Shown piece by piece: positions 56,208 through 64,000 of a stretch of 64,000 nt of DNA (within the stretch, counting starts at the first letter, position 1; every line of letters starts with the position of its first letter). The stretch comes from Candidatus Acidiferrales bacterium (lineage in GTDB: Bacteria; Acidobacteriota; Terriglobia; Acidiferrales; UBA7541), in the NCBI GenBank assembly GCA_050746725.1, contig JBOGMX010000009.1:52734-116733 (forward strand), read 5' to 3'. The notes below the pieces were generated by a model. That model was not told the DNA's origin. It saw only the letters and a program-made list of their open reading frames with translations, and ran no database searches. The position numbers and the translations under genes are program-made.

Positions 56208-56807
56208 TCACTCGCCCACCGCCGGAGCGCGGTTCATACGCCGCTCGTCACGAAACTTTTCAGCCAGCAGCGCCCGTGCGCGATGCAACCGCGAGCGCAC
56301 CGTGCCCACGGGGCAAGCAAGCGCTGCAGCCGCTTCGTCGTAGCTCATCTCCTGCAAATCGCAGAGCACCAGCGCCTCACGGTAGTTTTCCGGCAGAGTG
56401 GCGATGGCACGACGCAAGCGCGCCGTGGCTTCATCGTCGTATCGGTCATCGGCGTGGTGGCCATTGCCGTTCACCGCTGTCTTCGCGCGCATGTCGTCGG
56501 GGTCATCCGCGAAAGGTACGAACCGGTGTTCCTGTTCCCACCGCTTCCGCAGATGGTTCCGCGCGATGCCGAACATAAACCCGCCCAGGCTGCCGCGCGC
56601 CGGATCAAATCTTCCAGCGTCCCGAATCAGCGCCATGAATACCTCTTGCGTTACATCCTCGGCCATCGCCGCGTTCCCGCTCATGTGCAACGCGAAACGG
56701 TAAAGCGCCGGATGCTTCCGCCGGTACAGCAGCAGGAAAGCTTCCTCGTCGCCCGCGATCATTTGGCCCAGCAGGCCCTCGTCTGTCTGTTCGCCCGACC
56801 GTTTCAT
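56208..56807 (-). CDS. ECF (sigma-70 family) RNA polymerase sigma factor
   Basis: Region 2 (EEAFLLLYRRKHPALYRFAL..DVTQEVFMALIRD..LGGFMFGIARNHLRKR) and region 4 (SYDEAAAALACPVGTVRSRLHRARALL). Confidence 0.9.
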   Translation of the reverse strand: MKRSGEQTDEGLLGQMIAGDEEAFLLLYRRKHPALYRFALHMSGNAAMAEDVTQEVFMALIRDAGRFDPARGSLGGFMFGIARNHLRKRWEQEHRFVPFADDPDDMRAKTAVNGNGHHADDRYDDEATARLRRAIATLPENYREALVLCDLQEMSYDEAAAALACPVGTVRSRLHRARALLAEKFRDERRMNRAPAVGE

Positions 56808-56979
56808 GTCATAGCTTTGGACGGCCTGCCCTGCCCTTCGTTACTTCTTCCGGCCCAGCCATCTCGGAGTTCCCAAATTCTCATTTGCGCCGCGCAGAGC
56901 CAACTCGCATAGCTAGCCGCAGTCCGCCCTGCCCTTTATAGCCCCTGATGCCGCATTTTCACTCGCTTCTTGACGCTCG

Positions 56980-57009
56980 ACCGCTGCGGGGCGTAAAATC
57001 CCTAGTGTG
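56980..57009 (+). promoter_or_regulatory. Putative sigma70-type promoter driving the leader RNA / sulfite reductase operon
   Basis: TTGACG (56980-56985), 18-nt spacer, TAAAAT (57004-57009). Confidence 0.4.
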
Positions 57010-57016
57010 GATCACG

Positions 57017-57171
57017 TTTTCCCTGCCGGGGTACGCTTCACCTGCTGTTGTACAGGCGCAGCCGGCGGCGGGTCTGCGATCCGACTAGTTTGAAGGCGAC
57101 CAATCGGATTCATCAACCCGCTGGCCAGCAGGACATCTGGCACGCGGGTTTTTTGCTTTTTAGGCTGTTTT
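57017..57171 (+). ncRNA. Candidate structured ~150-nt leader RNA (riboswitch/attenuator) or independent sRNA, class unknown
   Basis: Lies between the putative promoter and an intrinsic terminator. Nested helices are visible: GGATC..GATCC enclosing CCC-GCCGG..CCGGC-GGG, which encloses CCTG-CTGTTGTA-CAGG. Ends 30 nt before the sir start codon. Confidence 0.35.
57125..57171 (+). terminator. Rho-independent terminator / attenuator in the 5' leader of the sulfite reductase gene
   Basis: AACCCGCTGGCCAG - CAGGACAT - CTGGCACGCGGGTT (one bulge per arm) followed by TTTTTTGCTTTTT. Confidence 0.65.
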
Positions 57172-57200
57172 GGGCTCGCAATAAATAATGGGAGAAGCTA

Positions 57201-58928
57201 GTGAGTAACGATGTCAGCGTCAACCCGAGTATCACCCCCGTCAAGGAGACCTCGGCCCAGCGTACCGAACGCCTGAAGCAGGCCAAGAACCCCTGGCAAG
57301 CTTTGGAAGAAATTCGCGAATTTGCTCGAACCGGCCGTGATTCCATTCCTCCTGAATGGAGCCTTTACTTCCGCTGGTGGGGCATCTACACGCAAGGCGA
57401 CGGGCGAGGCGCTATTGGCGGTGTCGGTGGCGAAGGCAAATCCTCTCCCTACTTCATGTTGCGTGTTGCATTGCCGAATGGCCTCCTCACCTCAAACCAG
57501 GTTCGCGCCATCGCCGATATCTCCAGCCGCTACGGTCGCGGCGTTGCGGACATCACCGTCCGCCAGAATATCCAGCTTCATTGGATGACTATCGAGGAGA
57601 TACCTGAAATTCTTGAGACGCTCGCGGCCGCCGGACTTAACACCAAAGGCGCGTGCGGCGATACCGTGCGCAATATGACCGGCTGCCCGCTCGCGGGAGT
57701 CGCCGCCGATGAAATTTACGACGCTTCTCCCCTTTTGCTCGAAACCGCTTCCGTCGTTCGCGGCCAGACCGAATTCTACGATCTGCCGCGCAAATTCAAG
57801 ATCTGCATCACCGGCTGCCCGGTCTGGTGCTCTTATCCGGAAATCAACGACATCGCTCTCACCGCCATCCATCGCCACCAGAATGGCAAGCGCGACGTCG
57901 GCTTTTCCGTGCGCGTTGCCGGCGGCCTCGCAACCGAGCCTTTCCTGGCCGAGCGCCTCAACGCCTTCGTCCGTCCCGAACAAGTGGTTCCTGTGGTGCG
58001 TTCCATCGTCGGGATATTCCGGGATACGGATATCCTCCGCGAACATCGCAAGCGCGCCCGCATGAAATATCTATTTCTGAAGTTCGGCTGGACGCCGGAT
58101 AAATTCCTCCAGGAAGTGAATCACCGGCTGGGTTTCGAACTCGATCCCGCCGCCGAAGAGCATCCTCCCGCGGACGTCTTCCGCGACCATGTTGGCGTCT
58201 ACGCGCAGAAGCAGCCCGGTCTGTGCTACGTCGGCGCGTCCGTTCTTCGGGGACGCATCACACCCGATCAAATGCGATTGGCCGCCGATCTCGCCGAGCG
58301 CTTCGGCAGTGGCGAAATCCGCGTCACGAATATGCAGAATCTGCTGCTCGTCAACATTCCGAAAGACCACGCCGAAACCGTGGCGCGCGAACTCGAATCC
58401 GGCGGACTCCCTGTCGCCGCTTCGCCATTCCGCCGTGGCGCCATTTCCTGCACCGGCACGGAATTCTGCAAGCTGGCCATCACGGAAACCAAAAGCTACA
58501 CCCGCTGGCTCATCGACGAACTCGAGGAGCGCGTCCCGCAGTTCGATCAGCAGCTCAAGCTCAACGTCACTGGCTGCACCAATTCTTGCGGCCAGCACTG
58601 GATTGCCGATATTGGGCTGGAAGGCAAGAAGCTGAAGTCCCCTAAAGGCATGGTTGACGCGTATTACTTTTCGCTTGGGGGCTCCGTCGGCGAATTTCAG
58701 CGCCTGTCCCGTCCAGTTGGCTATCGTTGCTTCGCCACCGAAGTGCCGGATGCCATCGCGCGGCTGCTCACCACTTATGTCGACTCCCGCGAGCCCGGCG
58801 AAAACCTGCGCGCCTATTTCGCGCGCTTCACGGACGAGCAACTCCGCACCCAACTCGCCGGAGCCTCCACCACCGCTGTCGTTCGCGATCGCGCTCCCGG
58901 CCCAGTCCCGGAAGCGGTGTCCGAGTGA
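57201..58928 (+). CDS. Ferredoxin-dependent nitrite/sulfite reductase (siroheme / 4Fe-4S hemoprotein)
   Basis: Two nitrite/sulfite reductase ferredoxin-like half domains. Cluster/siroheme Cys motifs CTGTEFCKLA and TGCTNSCGQH. GTG start after GGGAGAA. Confidence 0.9.
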   Translation: MSNDVSVNPSITPVKETSAQRTERLKQAKNPWQALEEIREFARTGRDSIPPEWSLYFRWWGIYTQGDGRGAIGGVGGEGKSSPYFMLRVALPNGLLTSNQVRAIADISSRYGRGVADITVRQNIQLHWMTIEEIPEILETLAAAGLNTKGACGDTVRNMTGCPLAGVAADEIYDASPLLLETASVVRGQTEFYDLPRKFKICITGCPVWCSYPEINDIALTAIHRHQNGKRDVGFSVRVAGGLATEPFLAERLNAFVRPEQVVPVVRSIVGIFRDTDILREHRKRARMKYLFLKFGWTPDKFLQEVNHRLGFELDPAAEEHPPADVFRDHVGVYAQKQPGLCYVGASVLRGRITPDQMRLAADLAERFGSGEIRVTNMQNLLLVNIPKDHAETVARELESGGLPVAASPFRRGAISCTGTEFCKLAITETKSYTRWLIDELEERVPQFDQQLKLNVTGCTNSCGQHWIADIGLEGKKLKSPKGMVDAYYFSLGGSVGEFQRLSRPVGYRCFATEVPDAIARLLTTYVDSREPGENLRAYFARFTDEQLRTQLAGASTTAVVRDRAPGPVPEAVSE

Positions 58929-58944
58929 ACGCTAGGCCAGCGCG

Positions 58945-59736
58945 ATGATCGAACACGGCAAAGTCTATCTCGTCGGCGCAGGCCCAGGCGATCCCGATCT
59001 CCTCACCGTAAAAGCGCACAAGCTGCTCGCGCGTGCGGACGTGATTTTGCACGACGATCTCGTGCCCGCGGCGATTCTTGCCCTGGCTGGCCCGCGGGCC
59101 GAAGTCGTAAACGTCGGCAAACGCTGCGGAGCCAAAGGCGCCACGCAATCGGAGATTAACGTCCGCATGATCGCTGCGGCGCGTGCCGGGCTTTCCGTCG
59201 CTCGCCTGAAAGGCGGCGATCCTGCGATTTTCGGCCGCCTCGCGGAAGAAATTGACGCACTCGAAGCCGCGAACATCCCCTGGGAAATAATTCCCGGCAT
59301 TACCGCCGGTCTCGCTGCGGCCGCAGCTCTTGGCGCGTCGCTCACGGATCGCCGCAAGGCCGCTCGCGTCGTCATCGTTACCAATCACCGCGCCGCCGGT
59401 AGCGAAGCGCCCGCGCAACGCGATTGGCAAGCGCTCGCGCGCGACGACGCCACGCTCGTCATCTACATGCCCGGCCACGATTTCGAAAATCTGCACGATC
59501 AGCTTCTCGCCGCCGGCTTGCCGCCGGAGATCCCCGCGGCTGTGGTTTCGCGCGCCGCTTCGCCGGGCCAGTCCGTCGAATGCGCTCCTCTCGGCGAACT
59601 CAATTCTCTGCCCCGCGCCCCTGCGCCATCGATTCTTCTGGTCGGCTGGTCGCTCGACGCCGCCGTCCGCCGCGCTCTCGCTGCCAGCTCCGCCTCGCTC
59701 CTCGCCGAAGCCGAACTGATCCTTTCCTCACGCTAA
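58945..59736 (+). CDS. cobA: Uroporphyrinogen-III C-methyltransferase (SUMT)
   Basis: VYLVGAGPGDPDLLTVKA, VARLKGGDPAIFGR and PWEIIPGITAG motifs. Adjacent to a siroheme-dependent reductase. Confidence 0.9.
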   Translation: MIEHGKVYLVGAGPGDPDLLTVKAHKLLARADVILHDDLVPAAILALAGPRAEVVNVGKRCGAKGATQSEINVRMIAAARAGLSVARLKGGDPAIFGRLAEEIDALEAANIPWEIIPGITAGLAAAAALGASLTDRRKAARVVIVTNHRAAGSEAPAQRDWQALARDDATLVIYMPGHDFENLHDQLLAAGLPPEIPAAVVSRAASPGQSVECAPLGELNSLPRAPAPSILLVGWSLDAAVRRALAASSASLLAEAELILSSR

Positions 59737-59887
59737 CCCCGCCCACCTAGCGGCTGGCATGCCGAACCCGACGCTGTCAGTCCGGAACGGCGGTGAGGCG
59801 TCTGCTTTTGACTTGCTCGTTCCGAGCACCGCACTCATCCAGTTTTCCGCCGGATGGTCGGGAGTTGCTTCGTTACAATCTTAGGGT

Positions 59888-61765
59888 TCATCGCGCCCGC
59901 AGCTCCGCGTTTGCGAATTGCCGCCGGTACAGATCCGCGTAGAGCCCACCGCGTTCGAGCAGCGTCGCGTGCGTCCCACGGTCCACGATTTTGCCGTCCT
60001 GCACCACCAGGATTTGATCGGCCTCGAGGATCGTCGAGAGGCGATGCGCGATCACCAGCGAAGTGCGCCCGCGAAGCGCCTCCTGGAAAGCCCTCTGAAT
60101 CGCCGCTTCCGACTCGGAATCCAAATGCGCCGTCGCCTCGTCGAGGATTACGATGTCCGGAGCCTTCAGCAACAGGCGCGCAATGGCCAAGCGCTGTTTT
60201 TCGCCGCCCGAGAACCGGTATCCCCGCTCGCCCACCAGCGTGTCGAGCCCTTTCGGCAACGATTCGATAAGCGGAAGAATCTGCGCGGCGTGCAACACTT
60301 CCTTCAGCTCATCCTCTGACGCATCGGGTTTCGCATACAGCAGGTTTGCGCGGATGGTATCGTGAAACAGGTGAGCCTCCTGCGTGACCGTGCCGATCCG
60401 CTTTTGAAGGCTCTCTAGCGTCGCGTCGCGCACGTCGATCCCATCCACCGCCACCGCCCCGTCTTGCACGTCGTATAGCCGCGGCACCAGTTGTGTGATG
60501 GTTGTCTTACCCGCGCCAGACGGTCCCACCAGCGCCACCAGTTCGCCCGGTTCCGCAACGAAGCTGATGTCGTGCAGCACCGTTTTTTCCGGCAACCGCT
60601 CAGGAACCGCGACAGACTCAAGTGACGCGAGCGAAACCTCCGCCGCCGTCGGATAGTGGAACGAAACATGGTCGAAGGCGATCCTCGCCGGGCCCCTTGG
60701 GATCGCCACCGCATTCGGCTTCTCCTGAATCATGGGCGCCAGATCGAGCACCTCAAATACTCGATCAAAGGAAACCAGCGCAGTCATCACGCTCACCTGA
60801 ATATTCGAAAGCCCCGCCAGCGGACCATACACGCGCGCGAGCAAGGCTACCAACGCCACCACAGTTCCAACGTCCAGCGTGTGCTGCGCGGCCAGGACCC
60901 CGCCCCAGCCGTAGGCGAGGGCGCTAGCGAAATAGGCCATCAGCATCAGCGCCATGAAAAATAGGCGGCCATAGACCGCTTGCGTCACGCTGATATCCGA
61001 AACCCGCGCGGCCTTCGCGGTGAAATCACGGTTTTCGTCTTCCGCCCGGCCGAAAAGCTTGGCCAAATGCGCTCCGGCTACGTTGAAGCGCTCCACCATT
61101 AGGTTGTTCATCGCTGAGCGCAGATCGAAGCTCTCGCGCGTGATTTTCTGCAGCTTTCGTCCCCACCAGCGCGCCGGAAAAAGAAACAGCGGAATCAACA
61201 CCATCGCCACAATGGTGATCCGCCACGAAAGCACGAACATCGCGCCGAATACGAGCGCTACCGTGATGAGGTTGCCTACCACGTTCGACAGAATGTCCGT
61301 GAACGCGGTCCTCGCCCCGCTCACATCCGTGTTCAACCGGCTCACCAGCGCGCCCGTTTGCGTGCGCGTGAAGAACGCCAGCGGCATTTTTTGAACGTGC
61401 GCGAAGAGCTTGCTGCGCAAGGAAAGTACGATTCGCGAGCCGACTTTCGCCGCCAGATACGATTGCGCCAGCCCAAGCGTTGCGTCGAGAGCGCCGAGAA
61501 TCCCCGCCAGCACAGCCAGCTTGATAATTAGCGGTATGTTGTCCTTCAAAATTCCGTTGTTGATAATGTCGCGGTAAATCAGAGGATTGGCGATCGCCGC
61601 GAACGCATCCACAATCACGACGAGCAGGAAAATCGCCAGCAAACGGGCGTAAGGCCGGGAAAACTTCAGCATGCGCTTCGCGGTTCCCGGCGTGACGGTC
61701 TTCTTCAAGACCGAATCGTCCTGCCGCAGCGACCGCATGGCCCCAAGTAATCTAGCGGATCCCAT
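59888..61765 (-). CDS. ABC exporter, fused permease/ATPase (MsbA-like type I exporter)
   Basis: Six-TM N-terminal domain. Walker A GPSGAGKTT, signature FSGGEKQRLAIARLLL, Walker B IVILDEATAHLD. The exact start is uncertain. Confidence 0.9.
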   Translation of the reverse strand: MGSARLLGAMRSLRQDDSVLKKTVTPGTAKRMLKFSRPYARLLAIFLLVVIVDAFAAIANPLIYRDIINNGILKDNIPLIIKLAVLAGILGALDATLGLAQSYLAAKVGSRIVLSLRSKLFAHVQKMPLAFFTRTQTGALVSRLNTDVSGARTAFTDILSNVVGNLITVALVFGAMFVLSWRITIVAMVLIPLFLFPARWWGRKLQKITRESFDLRSAMNNLMVERFNVAGAHLAKLFGRAEDENRDFTAKAARVSDISVTQAVYGRLFFMALMLMAYFASALAYGWGGVLAAQHTLDVGTVVALVALLARVYGPLAGLSNIQVSVMTALVSFDRVFEVLDLAPMIQEKPNAVAIPRGPARIAFDHVSFHYPTAAEVSLASLESVAVPERLPEKTVLHDISFVAEPGELVALVGPSGAGKTTITQLVPRLYDVQDGAVAVDGIDVRDATLESLQKRIGTVTQEAHLFHDTIRANLLYAKPDASEDELKEVLHAAQILPLIESLPKGLDTLVGERGYRFSGGEKQRLAIARLLLKAPDIVILDEATAHLDSESEAAIQRAFQEALRGRTSLVIAHRLSTILEADQILVVQDGKIVDRGTHATLLERGGLYADLYRRQFANAELRAR

Positions 61766-62222
61766 CTCAGCTCCGTATGGGCGCGCATTTTACCACCGTG
61801 CCGCGTCCGCGTCTTTTCCTCAAGCTTCACAAAGCGAGCGGCGAATCACTTCGATCACCTCACCTCTGCTAGTTCTAGCCCGCCAGTACAAGTGCACGCA
61901 CCTGTACTTCTTTCCTGCTCCACCTGAAAACCGTTGATGCTAGCGTGAATCGGTTATGAACGAGATGCCACAATCCGCAAAGGGAGCGCCACTTGCGCCC
62001 GGTCCCTGTCCGCTTGCGACGAACCACGACGGAGCCGCCGCCGTCTTCCGCGATGGAATGGCAGATCGCTACACTGTCCGGGTAAAATCGTCCGTAAATC
62101 ATTCAAAACAAAGCGCCGCACCTTCGCCAAATCGCTACACTCTCGAAGTCACTTCCGAAACCCATTTTGTCCCCGCGCATCACCAACCCAAAATTCGTGT
62201 TAGATTCAGGCAAGATCCGCCA

Positions 62223-63524
62223 ATGGAAAAAACGCAAGCGACCCATGCCTGGGGAATCTTGGACCGCCACCGAGCGGCCCTCGATTGGATCGACATCGTT
62301 TGGCTGCTGTTCATAGTCGGTCTGGCGCTACTTAAACCCATCCACGAAATTCACAAGCAACTCTTGCTCCTCGCGTTGGGCATCTTTCAATTCCTAGAAG
62401 GTTCTCTCATCGCCCGCTATCCACGCACGGGGCGCTACTGGGCGGTCGCCATCAAAATCGTTCTCGCCACAGTGCTGCTCGACCACACCGGAGAAATCGG
62501 GATCAACAGCACGTATTGGCCGATTTATTACGTCCCGATTGTGACTGCCGCGATTTATTTTGGCCCTCTCGGCACGCTGCTATGGACGGCCGTCGCTTCC
62601 GCGGCGTACTGCTCCTATTTGATTCCGGCGCTAAAGCTCTACGAGTTGACGGCGGACGCCGAGACGACGCTTGCGATTCGCATTCTGTTTTTCTTCCTGG
62701 CGGCGATGCTCGTCAATCGGTTTGTGGTTGAAAACCGCCGCCAAGTTAAACGCTATCAGGAGCTTTCCGCGACTCTGGAGGAAACCAACAAGCAATTGCG
62801 CCGCGTGGAAGCCGAAGCGCGCCGTTCGGAGCGCCTCGCCGCTCTTGGCCAGATGTCCGCCGGGCTGGCCCACGAAATCCGCAATCCGCTCGGTGTGATT
62901 AAAGGTTCGGCGGAAATTCTGGCGCAGAAATTGACGGGCGCGCAGCCGCTTGCCGGGGAACTTGCAGGATACATCTCATCCGAAGTGGATCGCCTGAACG
63001 CGCTCGTCGCGCGCTTTCTCGATTTTGCCCGGCCGGTGCAGCTCGAAATGCGACCGCATCGAGTTTCCGAAATTGTTGACCGCGCCATCGAATCCGTCGA
63101 ACATCAGTTTCCACACGCCGGCGTGCGCGTCGAGCGCGAGGACGCTGCCGCGTTGCCCGACGTCTTCGTTGACGAGCAGCTTTGCGAGCGCGTGTTCGTA
63201 AACCTGATCCAAAATGCCTTCCAGGCCATGGAAGCTGGCGGCCCGGCAGGCGAACGCGTGATGAAAATTACCGGCCATCTCGAAAATTCGAATGGACGGA
63301 AAGGTGTTGCCGTTACAATTGAGGATTCAGGCCCGGGCGTGACGCCGGAATTGCGCGAGCAAATCTTCAATCCGTTCTTTACATCGAAAAAAGATGGCGT
63401 CGGGCTTGGCTTGGCCATCGTGTCCAAAATTCTTGACGAGCATGGCGGCTCGATTCGCCTGCAAAATTCGTCCCGCGGCGCGCGATTCCGCGTTTTTCTT
63501 CCTAGCGAGGCGCAACGTACATGA
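62223..63524 (+). CDS. Membrane sensor histidine kinase (NtrB/AtoS-like, HisKA plus HATPase_c)
   Basis: Start at the ATG at 62223 (MEKTQ..), then about 5 TM segments. H-box LGQMSAGLAHEIRNPL, N-box FVNLIQNAFQA, G-boxes EDSGPGV and GVGLGLAIV. The track ORF starts at 61956, but that N-terminus looks non-coding. Confidence 0.8.
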   Translation: MEKTQATHAWGILDRHRAALDWIDIVWLLFIVGLALLKPIHEIHKQLLLLALGIFQFLEGSLIARYPRTGRYWAVAIKIVLATVLLDHTGEIGINSTYWPIYYVPIVTAAIYFGPLGTLLWTAVASAAYCSYLIPALKLYELTADAETTLAIRILFFFLAAMLVNRFVVENRRQVKRYQELSATLEETNKQLRRVEAEARRSERLAALGQMSAGLAHEIRNPLGVIKGSAEILAQKLTGAQPLAGELAGYISSEVDRLNALVARFLDFARPVQLEMRPHRVSEIVDRAIESVEHQFPHAGVRVEREDAAALPDVFVDEQLCERVFVNLIQNAFQAMEAGGPAGERVMKITGHLENSNGRKGVAVTIEDSGPGVTPELREQIFNPFFTSKKDGVGLGLAIVSKILDEHGGSIRLQNSSRGARFRVFLPSEAQRT

Positions 63525-64000
63525 CGGCTGCGAAACCATCCATCCTCGTGATCGAAGACGAGCCGAAGCTCCGTCGCCTTCTGGAACTGCAGCTCGCCGA
63601 CGAAGGTTTTCGCGCGCGAACTGCCGAGAGCGCCGAAGCGGGCTTAAAGCTCGCAAATGGAGAGCCGTTCGATCTGGTCGTTACCGATTTCAAGCTGCCG
63701 GGCATGACCGGCTTGGAATTTCTTCATGCGCTCAAGCGAGTCAACGCCGATCTTCCCGTGGTAATCATGACGGCATACGGGACCGTCGAATCCGCCGTGG
63801 AAGCGATGAAGGCTGGCGCTTCCGATTACGTGCTCAAGCCATTTTCTCTCGCCGAACTCGTGCTGGTGATCCGCAAAGAAATGGCCTCCCACGAACTGCG
63901 CGAAGAAAATCGCACCCTGCGCGAAGCGCTCGGCAAGCGCTATGAATATAAGAACGTCATCGCTCACAGCGGCAAGATGCAGGCCGTCCTCGCGCTGGTG
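63521..64000 (+). CDS. Sigma-54-dependent response regulator (NtrC family), 5' partial at the window edge
   Basis: Not in the ORF track because it runs off the window end. Its ATG overlaps the kinase stop (ATGA). The receiver domain reads ILVIEDEPKLRRLL..DLVVTDFKLPGMTGLEFL..VVIMTAYGTVESAVEAMKAGASDYVLKPF, then the start of the AAA+ domain (VIAHSGKMQAVLALV). Confidence 0.85.
   Translation, partial: MTAAKPSILVIEDEPKLRRLLELQLADEGFRARTAESAEAGLKLANGEPFDLVVTDFKLPGMTGLEFLHALKRVNADLPVVIMTAYGTVESAVEAMKAGASDYVLKPFSLAELVLVIRKEMASHELREENRTLREALGKRYEYKNVIAHSGKMQAVLALV

Noticed and set aside
54977-56578. 533-aa plus-strand ORF
   Set aside because: It is antisense to the anti-sigma and ECF sigma genes. It is extremely Arg/Pro/Ala-rich with no domain-like segments.
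56900-57171. Whether the structured RNA upstream of the reductase is SRP (4.5S) RNA, 6S RNA, or a SAM-I or cobalamin riboswitch
   Set aside because: I could not find the defining motifs: the SRP domain IV GGAA/AGCAGCC region, SAM-I junction sequences, or the B12 box. It is therefore reported only as an unclassified candidate, not as a named RNA family.
61766-62222. Extension of the sensor kinase ORF to 61956, or a separate small gene in the 456-nt upstream gap
   Set aside because: The extra 89 aa (MNEMPQSAKGAPLAPGPCPLATNHDG..) lack a TM segment or domain character, and no RBS is evident. The region is more likely promoter or leader. I leave it unannotated.

Overview
High-GC (about 60% by eye, not computed) bacterial chromosomal segment. 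The gene content (a PEP-CTERM protein, a giant SBBP / choice-of-anchor-D surface protein, two ECF sigma/anti-sigma pairs, a MASE1 kinase, and Tol-Pal with a long TolA-like protein) fits an Acidobacteriota (Terriglobia-like) genome best. That assignment is inference from recognised motifs; no database search was run. I call about 56 protein-coding genes and one tRNA-Cys(GCA). I found no rRNA and no CRISPR array.

Most of the window is core or housekeeping:
- CusA/CzcA-type RND efflux operon (RND, MFP, TolC)
- ino1
- PdxR-like regulator, thioesterase, pdxS, pdxT
- murJ, xerD, a CCA/poly(A) polymerase-family enzyme, ybeY, a CorC/HlyC-type protein
- a GT9 heptosyltransferase
- tolQ-tolR-tolA-like-tolB-pal-ybgF
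- ssb, guaA, leuS, nfo
- sulfite/nitrite reductase plus cobA
- an ABC exporter and an NtrB/NtrC-like two-component pair that runs off the right edge

The one clear accessory element is a 2,626-bp IS1-family insertion sequence at 12003-14628. It has 17-bp terminal inverted repeats (16/17 match, GGnnnTG ends) and an 8-bp target-site duplication, GAAGCTTG. Besides the transposase it carries four passenger ORFs. Three are small genes (zinc ribbon, 105-aa unknown, ribbon-helix-helix) that overlap each other and the transposase stop, so translation looks coupled. The fourth is a divergent membrane protein whose stop codon lies inside the right IR. This passenger cassette is my best candidate for an undescribed module.

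Other items worth a second look:
- a promoter, a structured ~150-nt RNA and an intrinsic terminator directly upstream of the sulfite reductase gene (candidate riboswitch, attenuator or sRNA)
- an ECF sigma / anti-sigma / secreted protein / 1596-aa surface protein locus
- an ECF sigma / anti-sigma / Spy-like / orphan ABC ATPase locus
- a duplicated ~110-nt segment at the 3' end of a PEP-CTERM gene
- a probably leaderless ssb

Many long ORFs in the supplied track are antisense or alternate-frame artefacts of high-GC DNA and were rejected.
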